DNA of 64,000 bases from positions 124,001 through 188,000 of the IMG/VR virus record IMGVR_UViG_3300027759_004177; one strand, 5' to 3'. This document shows, in pieces, positions 18,388-27,462 of the stretch. The notes under the pieces were generated by a model. That model was not told the origin of the DNA. It did no database searches and saw nothing but the letters and a program-made list of their open reading frames with translations. Position 1 is the first letter of the stretch. Every line of letters starts with the position of its first letter. The translations under genes were made by a program, and so were the position numbers.

Positions 18388-20682
18388 TTAAATTACGCAA
18401 CTATCACAGTCGGCATCGTCGCTGTTAGTGCCTTCGGGCAATGCAGCTAACTTGTCAACGTCAATTTCGCCTTGTCCATCATTGGTATTAAAATAATACA
18501 ACTGTTTGGTGCCATATTTGTAGCACATGATCAAATGTTGTAGCATTTCACTCATTGGAATCTTTTCATCTGCATAAAAGCGAGGATTGTAACTGGTATT
18601 GACACTGATACCCTGATCAATGTACTTTTGCAGTACAGCACAAAGTTTCAAATATCCTTCTGGGCTACGTTGATCCCATAGCAATTCGTATTTGTTTTTT
18701 AGGCGACGATACTCGGGCACAACTTGTTTGAGTACGCCATCTTTGCTTTGTTTGATACTTACATAACTGCGTGGGGGCTCAATGCCATTGGTAGCATTGC
18801 TGATTTGTGCCGATGTTTCTGCCGGCATCAGTGCCATTAGGGTAGCATTACGCTGACCAGTGGCTTTGATTTGTTCACGTAGTTTTGCCCAAGGCATACG
18901 TTCTTGGTGCGGTACCAATTCATCAATCTCTGCTTTACGTGTGTCAATGGGAAGAATACCTCTAGCAGATTTTAAATCGTGTGTTCGTGTGCAGGCACCT
19001 TGTTCAGCGGCGAGATCAGCTGAGGCTTTTAAAAGATAGTAACTCCAGGCCTCAGCGTACTCGTCTACTAGTGTTAGTGCTTGTGGATCTGAATAACTTA
19101 CATCGTTCTTTGCCAAGAAATAAGCAAAGTTGATAATACCTACTCCAAGCGGACGAAACTCTTCGGTAGCTATCTCTGCAGCTTTGACAGGATAATTCTG
19201 ATAGCTCAATAGTGCATCTAATCCACGTACAGCCAGTTCACAAGGCTTCTGGAAGTCATGTGGGCTTTTTACATTGCCCCAATTGATTGCACTCAAGGTA
19301 CATAGTGCAATCCTACCATCCTCGTCGTTGACATCCTTAAGTGGAACTGTTGGTAAATCAATTTCACAACAAAGGTTTGACATCTTAACGGGTGCTACTC
19401 TCTCATCGAATGGACTGTGCGTGTTGGCATGGTCCACGTTTTGCAAATAGATACGACCGGTATCTTTGCGTTCCTGCATAAAACGGGCAAACAAATCTGC
19501 GGCTTTGAACGTTTTTTTACGTAGTTTGGTATTGCGTTCAGCCCTTTCGTACAGCTCTTTGAAACGGTCCTGATCTGCAAAGAAAGCTTCGTACATTTCA
19601 GGTACGTCGTGGGGGCTAAAACAGGTAATATCGCCACCTTGAATCAGTCTTTCGTACATTAATTTGTTGAATTGAACACCATAATCCATGTGACGTACAC
19701 GATTATCCTCTGTGCCCTTGTTGTTCTTCAATACAATAAGGTCTTCAATTTCATAATGCCACAATGGATAGTACAGAGTGGCTGCACCATTACGCACACC
19801 ACCCTGGCTACAACTGCGTGTGGCACTTTGGAATAGTTTGTAGAATGGAACTACACCTGTGTGGTATGCATCACCCGATCGAATGGGACTACCCAGGGCA
19901 CGGATGCGGCCTGCACCGATGCCGATGCCTGCTTTCTGTGAGACATACTTAACAATACTGCTAGTAGTAGCATTAATACTATCAAGACTGTCATCTGTTT
20001 CAATGAGTACACAGCTCGAAAATTGTTTTTGTGGAGTACGTACCCCAGCCATAACAGGGGTAGGAAGGCTGATATCGCCAAGGCTAATTGCATCATAATA
20101 ATCCTTTACCCAACGTAGCCTTGTTTCTCGAGGATACGACTGGAATAGTGTGGCCGCAATAAGCATATAGGCCATTTGTGGTGTTTCAAAAATTTCTCGG
20201 GTTACACGGTTTTGTACCAGATACTTGCCACGGAACTGTTCCATAGCAACATAGGTAAAATTTTCATCACGTTCATGATGAATGTAGTTGTTTAGGGTCG
20301 TCCACTCATCTTCAGTGTAGGCTTCTAATAGGCCACGATCATAAAATCCTGTCGCCACGTTGCGTGTGACCTGTGTGTACAAGGACCATGGCGTATAGTC
20401 GTTATAAATTTGCTTGCGTAGATGATAGTTGATCAAACGACCAGCTACATATTGATAGTTCGGAGTTTCTTCTGAAATCAAATCAGCAGCACTTTTGATC
20501 AAGGTTTCTTGAATATCTGCTGTTTTAATACCGTTGTAAAACTGTATGTGACTTTTTATTTCTACTTCGCTGGCACTAACACCTGTGATGCCTTCGGTTG
20601 CCCAGAATACTACTTTGTGTAACTTTTCTAAATCGAGGTCTTCCATGTGACCTTCTCTTTTTGTTACTTGAATTGTTGTCAT
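18388..20682 (-). CDS. nrdA: Ribonucleotide reductase class Ia alpha subunit with ATP cone
   Basis: VTKREG, PTPVMAG, QFSSC, SQGGVR.G, SNLCCEI, C-terminal CDSC; no intron or intein seen. Confidence 0.97.
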   Translation of the reverse strand: MTTIQVTKREGHMEDLDLEKLHKVVFWATEGITGVSASEVEIKSHIQFYNGIKTADIQETLIKSAADLISEETPNYQYVAGRLINYHLRKQIYNDYTPWSLYTQVTRNVATGFYDRGLLEAYTEDEWTTLNNYIHHERDENFTYVAMEQFRGKYLVQNRVTREIFETPQMAYMLIAATLFQSYPRETRLRWVKDYYDAISLGDISLPTPVMAGVRTPQKQFSSCVLIETDDSLDSINATTSSIVKYVSQKAGIGIGAGRIRALGSPIRSGDAYHTGVVPFYKLFQSATRSCSQGGVRNGAATLYYPLWHYEIEDLIVLKNNKGTEDNRVRHMDYGVQFNKLMYERLIQGGDITCFSPHDVPEMYEAFFADQDRFKELYERAERNTKLRKKTFKAADLFARFMQERKDTGRIYLQNVDHANTHSPFDERVAPVKMSNLCCEIDLPTVPLKDVNDEDGRIALCTLSAINWGNVKSPHDFQKPCELAVRGLDALLSYQNYPVKAAEIATEEFRPLGVGIINFAYFLAKNDVSYSDPQALTLVDEYAEAWSYYLLKASADLAAEQGACTRTHDLKSARGILPIDTRKAEIDELVPHQERMPWAKLREQIKATGQRNATLMALMPAETSAQISNATNGIEPPRSYVSIKQSKDGVLKQVVPEYRRLKNKYELLWDQRSPEGYLKLCAVLQKYIDQGISVNTSYNPRFYADEKIPMSEMLQHLIMCYKYGTKQLYYFNTNDGQGEIDVDKLAALPEGTNSDDADCDSCVI

Positions 20683-20691
20683 TGATGCCTC

Positions 20692-21141
20692 TTAGTAAGA
20701 TTCTAATTGTAATTCTTTTTCATTGTACTGCCGTTTAATTTTTAACGTTTTATCAACTTGTTTGATATTTACTACCTCTCCGTCAATCATATTAAGGATA
20801 TATTTTCCCTGATCAAAACAAGCTAAATTATACTCATATCCTGTTTTGGGATCATAGTATAATCTAAACTCAATGTCGGTTTGCATTCTATGACCAGTTA
20901 ATGCTATAGTATAGACTATTCCCAAACATTTTGCAACATCGCAATAGACATTTTCCAAAATTAATGTCCACGGATCGGGCCAAGTGGTTGGTTGATCGAA
21001 ATCCAGGTTGTAAGGGACAAAAGGTGCTCCAGCCCAAAACTCTGCAGTTTGGGCAAGTGCTTGATCCAATGGTAAAGACTCTATAGTCGCTCGAAAGTCA
21101 CGCCAAGATCTCATCCGATCTTCAGCTTTAAGTTGAAACAT
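20692..21141 (-). CDS. Hypothetical protein, transglutaminase-like (BTLCP-like) resemblance
   Basis: WPDPWTLI..NVYCDVAK..GIVYTI resembles W.TP.E...GDCEDYA...Y.TL. Confidence 0.45.
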   Translation of the reverse strand: MFQLKAEDRMRSWRDFRATIESLPLDQALAQTAEFWAGAPFVPYNLDFDQPTTWPDPWTLILENVYCDVAKCLGIVYTIALTGHRMQTDIEFRLYYDPKTGYEYNLACFDQGKYILNMIDGEVVNIKQVDKTLKIKRQYNEKELQLESY

Positions 21142-21144
21142 TGT

Positions 21145-22275
21145 TTATATAAATTGTTTAATATTGTATTTTAAAGTGGATGTTGATCCAACGGTACAGG
21201 TCATTACACCGCCAAGATTGGCCCAGATGTTTGCACCAATGCTGACAGCAGGTTCACTGAACTCATCATCAAACGAACATACACCGCCACTGCGATTATA
21301 TTTGATTGTACCAATTCTGTAATTTGTGCCGCTGGTGATTTCGTAATCAATTCGACCAGCACCATTGGCTAGTGTTGTAACGGCATTAGTTCCAGCAGAC
21401 ATTGGCACACGTACGGTGTCAAAATAATTGCTGCGTGTTATTACTCCACTAACTGCATCAGCAACGTTAATAGCACCAGTAGTGGCACCACGAAGAGTAC
21501 TACTTGAAACTTCAATGTTTGAAGAAGAACCTGTGACACTTACATTATATGTGCCACCAACAAAGCCTACGCCGTCAAATGTCACGTTGGTTGCACTTAC
21601 TAACAATGCAGCTGGCACACTAGTGGATGTTGTGACCAATCCCAAATCACGAATTGTAATATTACCCGGTAAGGTAGCTCCTACACCGTATGTTCCCCCG
21701 GTGATTTGAAACAAACTGTCACAAGTTTGTATGACTCCAACGTTGCTGGTAATGATGCTGTTGTTTTTTCCGTCACCAACTAAAGTACAGTTTGGTGGTA
21801 TCACCAGATTGCTGGTAATTCTGTAGTTACCGGCCGGGAATCGAATTGTTCTGCGAATGGAATTGTATGTGGTACTTAACGAACTGATGTAAACTTGTCT
21901 AATGGCTCGATCAATGGCTGCTGTGTCGTTGGTAGTTCCGTCGCCCTTGGCTCCAAAGTCTCTAACACTTATAGTTTCGTCTAGGACATTCTGTAAAGTT
22001 CTAACAACTGGAGTTAATGCCGATGCACCGGTGACACTGGTATAACCAGCTTCTGTTCCTTTGAATGTGTAACTGGAAATTAATCCAATAAAATCAGTGT
22101 ACTCGGTGAGAATTTCTGTTACACCTTCGGTAGGAGCTCCTTCTTCTAAGGTACCATTGCCGATGTATAATCTGCGTTCGTCAAGGCTCCAACCCAGTTC
22201 GGCACTGGCCAAATTGGGTAGGTCTTGTTGTAAGCCTCTGCGATGCTGAATTCTGCTGATTTGAACAATTGCCAT
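21145..22275 (-). CDS. Virion protein with pectate-lyase-like beta-helix
   Basis: N-terminal RIQHRRG...LASAELGW...RLYIG; SVRDFGAKGDG..NDTAAI..AI; FPAGNY. Confidence 0.8.
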   Translation of the reverse strand: MAIVQISRIQHRRGLQQDLPNLASAELGWSLDERRLYIGNGTLEEGAPTEGVTEILTEYTDFIGLISSYTFKGTEAGYTSVTGASALTPVVRTLQNVLDETISVRDFGAKGDGTTNDTAAIDRAIRQVYISSLSTTYNSIRRTIRFPAGNYRITSNLVIPPNCTLVGDGKNNSIITSNVGVIQTCDSLFQITGGTYGVGATLPGNITIRDLGLVTTSTSVPAALLVSATNVTFDGVGFVGGTYNVSVTGSSSNIEVSSSTLRGATTGAINVADAVSGVITRSNYFDTVRVPMSAGTNAVTTLANGAGRIDYEITSGTNYRIGTIKYNRSGGVCSFDDEFSEPAVSIGANIWANLGGVMTCTVGSTSTLKYNIKQFI

Positions 22276-22302
22276 TTACATTAATCCTGAAATATAATGT
22301 AT

Positions 22303-23013
22303 TTAGTTTGCGAGATAATACTGCTCGACTCGTTTGTTCCATTCCACACAGTAGTGATCAAATTCTGCGCCTTCCAGCACAAATTCCTGATAAACAGGGG
22401 TGTCAAACACGCCGGGTTCTAGCTCTTTTGGTTGCTGACACATAAGTATTACACCTTTTTTGATGTCGGTTCCATACATGTTATTGTGGGCTTGTGCGTA
22501 GGCCGCCAATTGTACAAAATAATCGCCAATGTATTCACGCTTTTTGAGTTTGTTGGTTTGTTTGTAATCCATGATGGCAGGTGCATCGTTGTGTACACCC
22601 ACGCTGTCTGTGGTGCCGGCATATAACCCACTATAATACACAGGCACTTCGACTCCCCACACTTCGTTGACTTGAGCGAAGCCTTCAAGAATAACTTGTG
22701 CAGCCATGAACCATGAAGGCTGTGCAAACGGATTACCGGGCAGTTCTTTCATTTCACCAGTTTTAACATAGTGCTCTAAGTAGCTGTGCATACGTGTTCC
22801 GCGATTGGCAGCTTCTGTGGTGATCTGTTGAGCACGTTGTTCGCCTACTGCCCGTTTCCAATTGGCCAAGGCCGCTTTGCTTTCTGCAGATTTGGTCTTG
22901 TCTAGGATTGTAGTGACACTGGGTACTTTGCTACCGTCAGGCAAACAGTAATGTCGCTTGCCGTTGATTGTTTCTCTATCACATGGTGTGTAATTGTATT
23001 TTTCTATCAGCAT
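22303..23013 (-). CDS. PD-(D/E)XK exonuclease
   Basis: PSVTTIL, RGTRMH, E...YAGTTD, DYKQ, QLAAY. Confidence 0.88.
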   Translation of the reverse strand: MLIEKYNYTPCDRETINGKRHYCLPDGSKVPSVTTILDKTKSAESKAALANWKRAVGEQRAQQITTEAANRGTRMHSYLEHYVKTGEMKELPGNPFAQPSWFMAAQVILEGFAQVNEVWGVEVPVYYSGLYAGTTDSVGVHNDAPAIMDYKQTNKLKKREYIGDYFVQLAAYAQAHNNMYGTDIKKGVILMCQQPKELEPGVFDTPVYQEFVLEGAEFDHYCVEWNKRVEQYYLAN

Positions 23014-23339
23014 TATATTCTAAATGATTCGCCGCAACCGCAACGATCCTTTTCTGCGGTATTACGGAATTCAAATCCTTCGTTGAGTCCTTGTCGTACA
23101 TAGTCTACTTCTAAATCTTTAAAATAAGGCAAATCTTTTTCAGATATATAAACACAAAATGTTTCAAATAATTTAGTGTATCCCGGGTCTAAGTCGGTGA
23201 CTTTATCTAAATATTCCAGTGTGTAGGCCAAGCCGCTGCAACCTGTGGTACGCACACCTATGCGTATGCCTCGCCCTTGTCCACGACGCTTTAAATTTTC
23301 TTGTATTTTTTGTTGTGCAGATTCAGTTACTGCTATCAT
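23013..23339 (-). CDS. iscA: Fe-S cluster A-type carrier
   Basis: TTGCSG, GLNEGFEF.N, CGCGESF. Confidence 0.93.
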   Translation of the reverse strand: MIAVTESAQQKIQENLKRRGQGRGIRIGVRTTGCSGLAYTLEYLDKVTDLDPGYTKLFETFCVYISEKDLPYFKDLEVDYVRQGLNEGFEFRNTAEKDRCGCGESFRI

Positions 23340-23715
23340 CTGGATGTTTTTTCTTATAATCTTCTATAGCCGCTTTGATTGCATCTTCGGCCAAGATCGA
23401 ACAGTGGATCTTGACCGGCGGTAACGCGAGTTCTTCTGCAATCTGAGTATTTTTAATTTCCATTGCGGCATCAAGCGTTTTGCCTTTGACCCATTCCGTA
23501 ACAAGACTTGAACTGGCAATCGCAGATCCACATCCGTACGTTTTGAACTTAGCGTCTTGAATAATCCCATTTTCAACCCTTATTTGAAGTTTCATCACAT
23601 CGCCGCAGGCTGGAGCACCCACCATGCCAGTACCCACATTGACGTCACCGGCATCCATCTTGCCTACATTGCGTGGATTTTCATAATGATCAATTACTTT
23701 GTCTGAATATGCCAT
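23323..23715 (-). CDS. iscU: Fe-S cluster scaffold
   Basis: YSDKVIDHYENPRNVG, APACGD, GCGSAIAS, LPPVKIHCS. Confidence 0.96.
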   Translation of the reverse strand: MAYSDKVIDHYENPRNVGKMDAGDVNVGTGMVGAPACGDVMKLQIRVENGIIQDAKFKTYGCGSAIASSSLVTEWVKGKTLDAAMEIKNTQIAEELALPPVKIHCSILAEDAIKAAIEDYKKKHPDDSSN

Positions 23716-23733
23716 AGATACACTCCTTACGCT

Positions 23734-23762
23734 ATTTTAACGTATTTAATTGGGTTTGTCAA
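23734..23762 (-). promoter_or_regulatory. sigma70-type promoter for iscU-iscA-exonuclease
   Basis: TTGACA-N17-TAAAAT. Confidence 0.75.
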
Positions 23763-23765
23763 ATA

Positions 23766-24191
23766 TTATTTCTTAGCGGCTCGTTTGGCCATACTGCTAA
23801 CTACCTTGGCCGGATTGCCGGGTGCGGCTACTTCAGCACCAAGTGGGTCAGAGTTGTCAAGTTCAGATTCCGGTGGAGCCAAGTACACATACTTGACAGC
23901 ACTATGGTCATCATCTTTGATGTCTTTGATTAAGGCCTTGACAGAATCATTATGCTGGTATGCTGCATCTAACGCTGCAAAATTAAATGCTTCGTTGCCA
24001 GGAATGTTTCTTACTTGATTGATGATTGTGTCAACTTTGACACGTGGGGTTACTGCGTTGCTTTGTTCGGCTTCATTGCGTAGCCATTCTAAGGCAGTGA
24101 TCAAAGCAGAGTCACCACGTGTCTCTGCTTCATCTTCAATTACTTCGTCTACTAGTTCTATAGACTCTAGGATGATATCCCGAATACGCAT
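23766..24191 (-). CDS. Hypothetical protein, likely head-associated
   Basis: N-terminus MRIRDIILE; TAATG coupling. Confidence 0.7.
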   Translation of the reverse strand: MRIRDIILESIELVDEVIEDEAETRGDSALITALEWLRNEAEQSNAVTPRVKVDTIINQVRNIPGNEAFNFAALDAAYQHNDSVKALIKDIKDDDHSAVKYVYLAPPESELDNSDPLGAEVAAPGNPAKVVSSMAKRAAKK

Positions 24192-24895
24192 TAACGACGC
24201 TCGCGGCCTAGTTCTTCTTCTCCGCCAACTGCTGCATCTGTGGCATCAAAACCGTCAGCTTCAGGAGCGGCACCTAGGTCAGCATCTAGATCACTGTCCA
24301 TACCACCTTCAGGGGGAACGGCACCAGCAAGACCTTGATCAGCACCCAGGCCCATGTCCATTGGAGCAGCAACTTGCTCACCACTGAGTTGACGAACTGC
24401 TGTGTCTGAACTCTCACGTGCTGTGCTCAATGCTTGATACAGGTCTGCCAACATTGGGCTGATACCTGTTTTGAATGTTTCAGCTTGCTCACTGCCAATT
24501 TGATCACGGATTGTGTCAATCAGGGCAGGTACTTGTTCGTTTTGAATCTTAGAGATTTTCTCTAACATGTCTTGTACAGAGTCAACAATGTCTTTGGCGG
24601 CTAGAACAGCTTCGCTACGACCTAGTTCACTTTCAAACAAGCCTTGTTCAGAATTCATCCACTTGTCCAGTCCTTCTTTGACCAGCATAAGTTCCATATA
24701 CTTAGAATTCTTTTCAGCGGTGTGTGCGCCAAATGATTTTTTAATTTGTGTGATGTTTTCACCAAGAGCTTTTGCTAAACGCTGTGCTTTAGCATAAGTT
24801 AAATTGTCATAATCAACTGAAAAACCAAAGCGGCTTTCCATGACTTTGTTAATCTTTTGTGGTGTTACTTCGGTTCGCATTTCAGAAAGTCTCAT
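24191..24895 (-). CDS. Hypothetical acidic helical protein (prohead-core-like)
   Basis: MRLSEM start, helical core, acidic low-complexity tail. Confidence 0.65.
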   Translation of the reverse strand: MRLSEMRTEVTPQKINKVMESRFGFSVDYDNLTYAKAQRLAKALGENITQIKKSFGAHTAEKNSKYMELMLVKEGLDKWMNSEQGLFESELGRSEAVLAAKDIVDSVQDMLEKISKIQNEQVPALIDTIRDQIGSEQAETFKTGISPMLADLYQALSTARESSDTAVRQLSGEQVAAPMDMGLGADQGLAGAVPPEGGMDSDLDADLGAAPEADGFDATDAAVGGEEELGRERR

Positions 24896-24901
24896 GATGT
24901 A

Positions 24902-25432
24902 TTATTCCCATATCTTGTAGTATTTAGCCGTCTTGTGCATTTTTAATATTTTGTCCCGGGCAAGAGTTAGCCTGTTTTCTGCCACTTCTAACCTGGGCAA
25001 TCTAGTATCAACTGTTACATAATCCCTACGTTGCCTGGCTTTTTCTATAGTATTACGCAAGGCCAACATGTCTGTATAATTTTTATTTATTTCTCTGTCC
25101 CAGAACAACAATTCATCTGCTTGATAATACTTGTTCTTGATAGTGTAAATCGTGTACAAGATTGCTGATATTTTGCTTTCAAATCTGTGTACAAATTCCC
25201 TGTTGTGATCCAGCACATCGCAGGTTCGATTGGGATTTACATTCAGGTGATACAGGCCTATGCGATACCCGTTGTTAACCGGGATACAAACAGGAGTTTT
25301 TTCTTCCGCATGTATTTTGCCCAGCTCACGCTCAGTCCACTGCTTGATATAGTCAGTGGCGGCATTGGTTAATTTGCGTATTTCGTGATTTGGAGGTCTA
25401 ACGGATTTTTTTCGTGTATGTGATTTGGCCAT
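24902..25432 (-). CDS. Hypothetical protein
   Basis: ORF in operon. Confidence 0.7.
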   Translation of the reverse strand: MAKSHTRKKSVRPPNHEIRKLTNAATDYIKQWTERELGKIHAEEKTPVCIPVNNGYRIGLYHLNVNPNRTCDVLDHNREFVHRFESKISAILYTIYTIKNKYYQADELLFWDREINKNYTDMLALRNTIEKARQRRDYVTVDTRLPRLEVAENRLTLARDKILKMHKTAKYYKIWE

Positions 25433-25607
25433 TTTCTTGACGGCGCAACAGGATGTCCTGTGTCGTTAATTGATTAGCAATTTCTTGCTCACGCTCATTC
25501 AGCGTGTTCTTGTTTATTTTAGATTCGTGTTGGAATCTGCCTAGCAAATCGGCTTGTTCGTTAGTAATGCCAATTTGTATGTTATTCAGTAATTCTACAA
25601 TTTTCAT
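25398..25607 (-). CDS. Hypothetical protein
   Basis: ORF in operon; MKIVELL start. Confidence 0.7.
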   Translation of the reverse strand: MKIVELLNNIQIGITNEQADLLGRFQHESKINKNTLNEREQEIANQLTTQDILLRRQENGQITYTKKIR

Positions 25608-25864
25608 TTGAGTATTAGATGTACAATCAATCCAAGCAGGGCTGTGAGTATTATACCAAACACACTGACACCAATGGTAATGATAGTTTTATTGCCTTCG
25701 CCACCTACTCGACCCAAGCTGTCTTTGATGTCCACAATATGGCTTTCTAGTTTGTCCATACGGTGATCTAAATTTTCTAATTTAAATTCCAAGTTAGAGT
25801 ACCTTTCCGCACAAATTTCTACGTGTGCCTCAAGACTCTTCTTTTCAATTTCAGTGGTGGCCAT
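25604..25864 (-). CDS. Coiled-coil protein with C-terminal TM helix
   Basis: HVEICAERY, heptad repeat, hydrophobic C-terminus. Confidence 0.7.
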   Translation of the reverse strand: MATTEIEKKSLEAHVEICAERYSNLEFKLENLDHRMDKLESHIVDIKDSLGRVGGEGNKTIITIGVSVFGIILTALLGLIVHLILK

Positions 25865-25900
25865 CTATACTTCTCGCTTTCAGGTAGCGACGCTTTTTCT

Positions 25901-25941
25901 TGAGCCTGTATGTGCCTTAATCGTGAGCCTTAATGGTGCCG
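25901..25941 (-). repeat. Four GGC(A/T)C motifs in the 5' leader of a late operon
   Basis: Plus strand tgagcct, tgtgcct, tgagcct, ggtgccg at 25901, 25911, 25924, 25935. Confidence 0.6.
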
Positions 25942-25956
25942 TAGCATCTAGTATAT

Positions 25957-26391
25957 TTATTCGATTGTAACTTGTTTAATGTATATATTTTTAATGGTGC
26001 CATAGGGATAAAAGATGGGCAACATAAAACGGGCAGTTTCTTCTAGGCCAGTGACAATGGGCACTTGTTCAATATCTTGCAACAATCCTGCCAGGGGTGT
26101 TCCAGCAAGATCGTATACTCCTTCTCGTTCCACAGTCCAACTCCAGGTCCATATTTTTTGAGTGCCAGTGTAGAAGTCACCAAATTCAGCAACACCGATG
26201 TCTTCAAGGGTTGAAGTTATGGGTTCTTGTATGTTCTGCGGCTGTGTACGCAGGCCAATGCATTGTAGTAGTGTTTCCCAGTTGCGTTGTTGATTGCGTT
26301 CTGCGTTGTCAAGATCCTGGCTACGAATGACACCAGTGGCAGTGATATCTACTAGAGTGAATCCTTGGAAGAAATATAAGTTTGATGACAT
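25957..26391 (-). CDS. Conserved phage hypothetical protein
   Basis: TLVDITATG, RNQQRNWETLLQCIGLR; late promoter at 26400-26406 implies the start at 26391. Confidence 0.7.
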   Translation of the reverse strand: MSSNLYFFQGFTLVDITATGVIRSQDLDNAERNQQRNWETLLQCIGLRTQPQNIQEPITSTLEDIGVAEFGDFYTGTQKIWTWSWTVEREGVYDLAGTPLAGLLQDIEQVPIVTGLEETARFMLPIFYPYGTIKNIYIKQVTIE

Positions 26392-26411
26392 GATAAACAT
26401 ATTTATCGGCC

Positions 26412-26444
26412 ACAAAAAAAGCACTGATTAAAGTGCTTTTTTGT
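26412..26444 (-). terminator. Rho-independent terminator (possibly bidirectional)
   Basis: aaaaaagcact-gatta-aagtgctttttt. Confidence 0.85.
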
Positions 26445-26460
26445 TTGTAGTTGTAAACTA

Positions 26461-26877
26461 TTAGGCTAGTTTGAAACCACCGGAACTAGTTACAGTAACT
26501 TGAGCTGCACCACCGTAAACGTTGCCTGCACCACCAATGTTGCCACTGGCTTGTAGGATTGTTTGTAGTTCAGTTGCACTCATAGCACTACGCTCAGCTA
26601 GGATACTAACTTGTTGTGCGCCACTTGTACCAGCATCAACTTGATACATAACTGGTTGAGCATTACTACTCAATGTACGGATAATTGTTTCTACTGCACC
26701 ACCTGTGCCTAGCTCTGCAGCTAAGTTTGCTGTACCAGCAATGAATGAAACTTTGAAACATGTAACTGGTGCATTCAAACCAGTGTTGATGATAGCTGCG
26801 TTTGCGTTTAGTGTACCATAAGTACCAACGTTACGAACTTGTTGTGCATCACCTGCACGACGTGTAAAAATTGCCAT
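26461..26877 (-). CDS. Small probable structural protein, paralog 1
   Basis: Late promoter, AAGGAG RBS and terminator; paralog of 26981-27403. Confidence 0.8.
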   Translation of the reverse strand: MAIFTRRAGDAQQVRNVGTYGTLNANAAIINTGLNAPVTCFKVSFIAGTANLAAELGTGGAVETIIRTLSSNAQPVMYQVDAGTSGAQQVSILAERSAMSATELQTILQASGNIGGAGNVYGGAAQVTVTSSGGFKLA

Positions 26878-26931
26878 TTTAAATCTCCTTAATATATTTG
26901 CGTGTTACGCATAATAATATTTATGCCGGCC

Positions 26932-26963
26932 ACAAAAAAAGCGTAACTGGTACGCTTTTTTGT
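26932..26963 (-). terminator. Rho-independent terminator (possibly bidirectional)
   Basis: aaaaaagcgta-actgg-tacgctttttt. Confidence 0.85.
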
Positions 26964-26980
26964 TTATAGTTGTCGAACTA

Positions 26981-27403
26981 TTAGGCTAGCTTGATACCGC
27001 CAGTACTTGTAACAACTGCTGTAGAGGCAGTAACTGTACTGAATGCACCGATGTTAGAACCTAGAGCACGGATTGCGTTTTGCAATGATGTGTCATCTAC
27101 CCAGCTTGAACGCTCAACAATAACGCTCAACTGTGATTGAGCAGCTGCGTCAACTTGGTAAGCAACAACTGTTGCATTGGCAGAAATTGTGTTGAGGATT
27201 GCTTCAACAGCACCTGCTGTACCATTTGTACCACGACCTAGTTCAGCGGCCAAGTTACTTGTTACACCTAGTGTACCAATTTTGTAAGCTGCGATTGGAC
27301 TATTTAGACCAACGTTGATGATTGCAGCATTAGCTTGAATGCTTTGTGCGCCAACGTTTTTAACTGCTTCTGTCGTACCTTTGAATCTTGTTTGGATTGC
27401 CAT
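26981..27403 (-). CDS. Small probable structural protein, paralog 2
   Basis: Shares ANAAIIN.GLN.P, NLAAELG, GAVE, YQVDA, ERS and GG.KLA with paralog 1. Confidence 0.8.
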   Translation of the reverse strand: MAIQTRFKGTTEAVKNVGAQSIQANAAIINVGLNSPIAAYKIGTLGVTSNLAAELGRGTNGTAGAVEAILNTISANATVVAYQVDAAAQSQLSVIVERSSWVDDTSLQNAIRALGSNIGAFSTVTASTAVVTSTGGIKLA

Positions 27404-27444
27404 TTTTAAATCTCCTTAATTTATTTGCGAATCACGCATACTTT

Positions 27445-27452
27445 TATTTATA
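27445..27452 (-). promoter_or_regulatory. T4-late-like promoter TATAAATA (representative of a family)
   Basis: ATAAATA also lies upstream of genes at 4499, 8176, 25954, 26400, 26918, 30284, 35716, 61365 (minus) and 53115, 63406 (plus). Confidence 0.8.
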
Positions 27453-27462
27453 CAAGTTGATG

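Noticed and set aside
16541-20682. Introns, inteins or homing endonucleases in RNR genes
   Set aside because: NrdA and NrdB are normal length and continuous; the intervening ORF is SGNH-like.
22303-23013. Cas4 or CRISPR association
   Set aside because: Ordinary phage PD-(D/E)XK exonuclease without the Cas4 C-terminal Cys cluster; no array.
26398-26990. CRISPR-like repeat pair
   Set aside because: Only two copies about 520 bp apart, each a terminator/promoter junction of duplicated genes; no cas genes.
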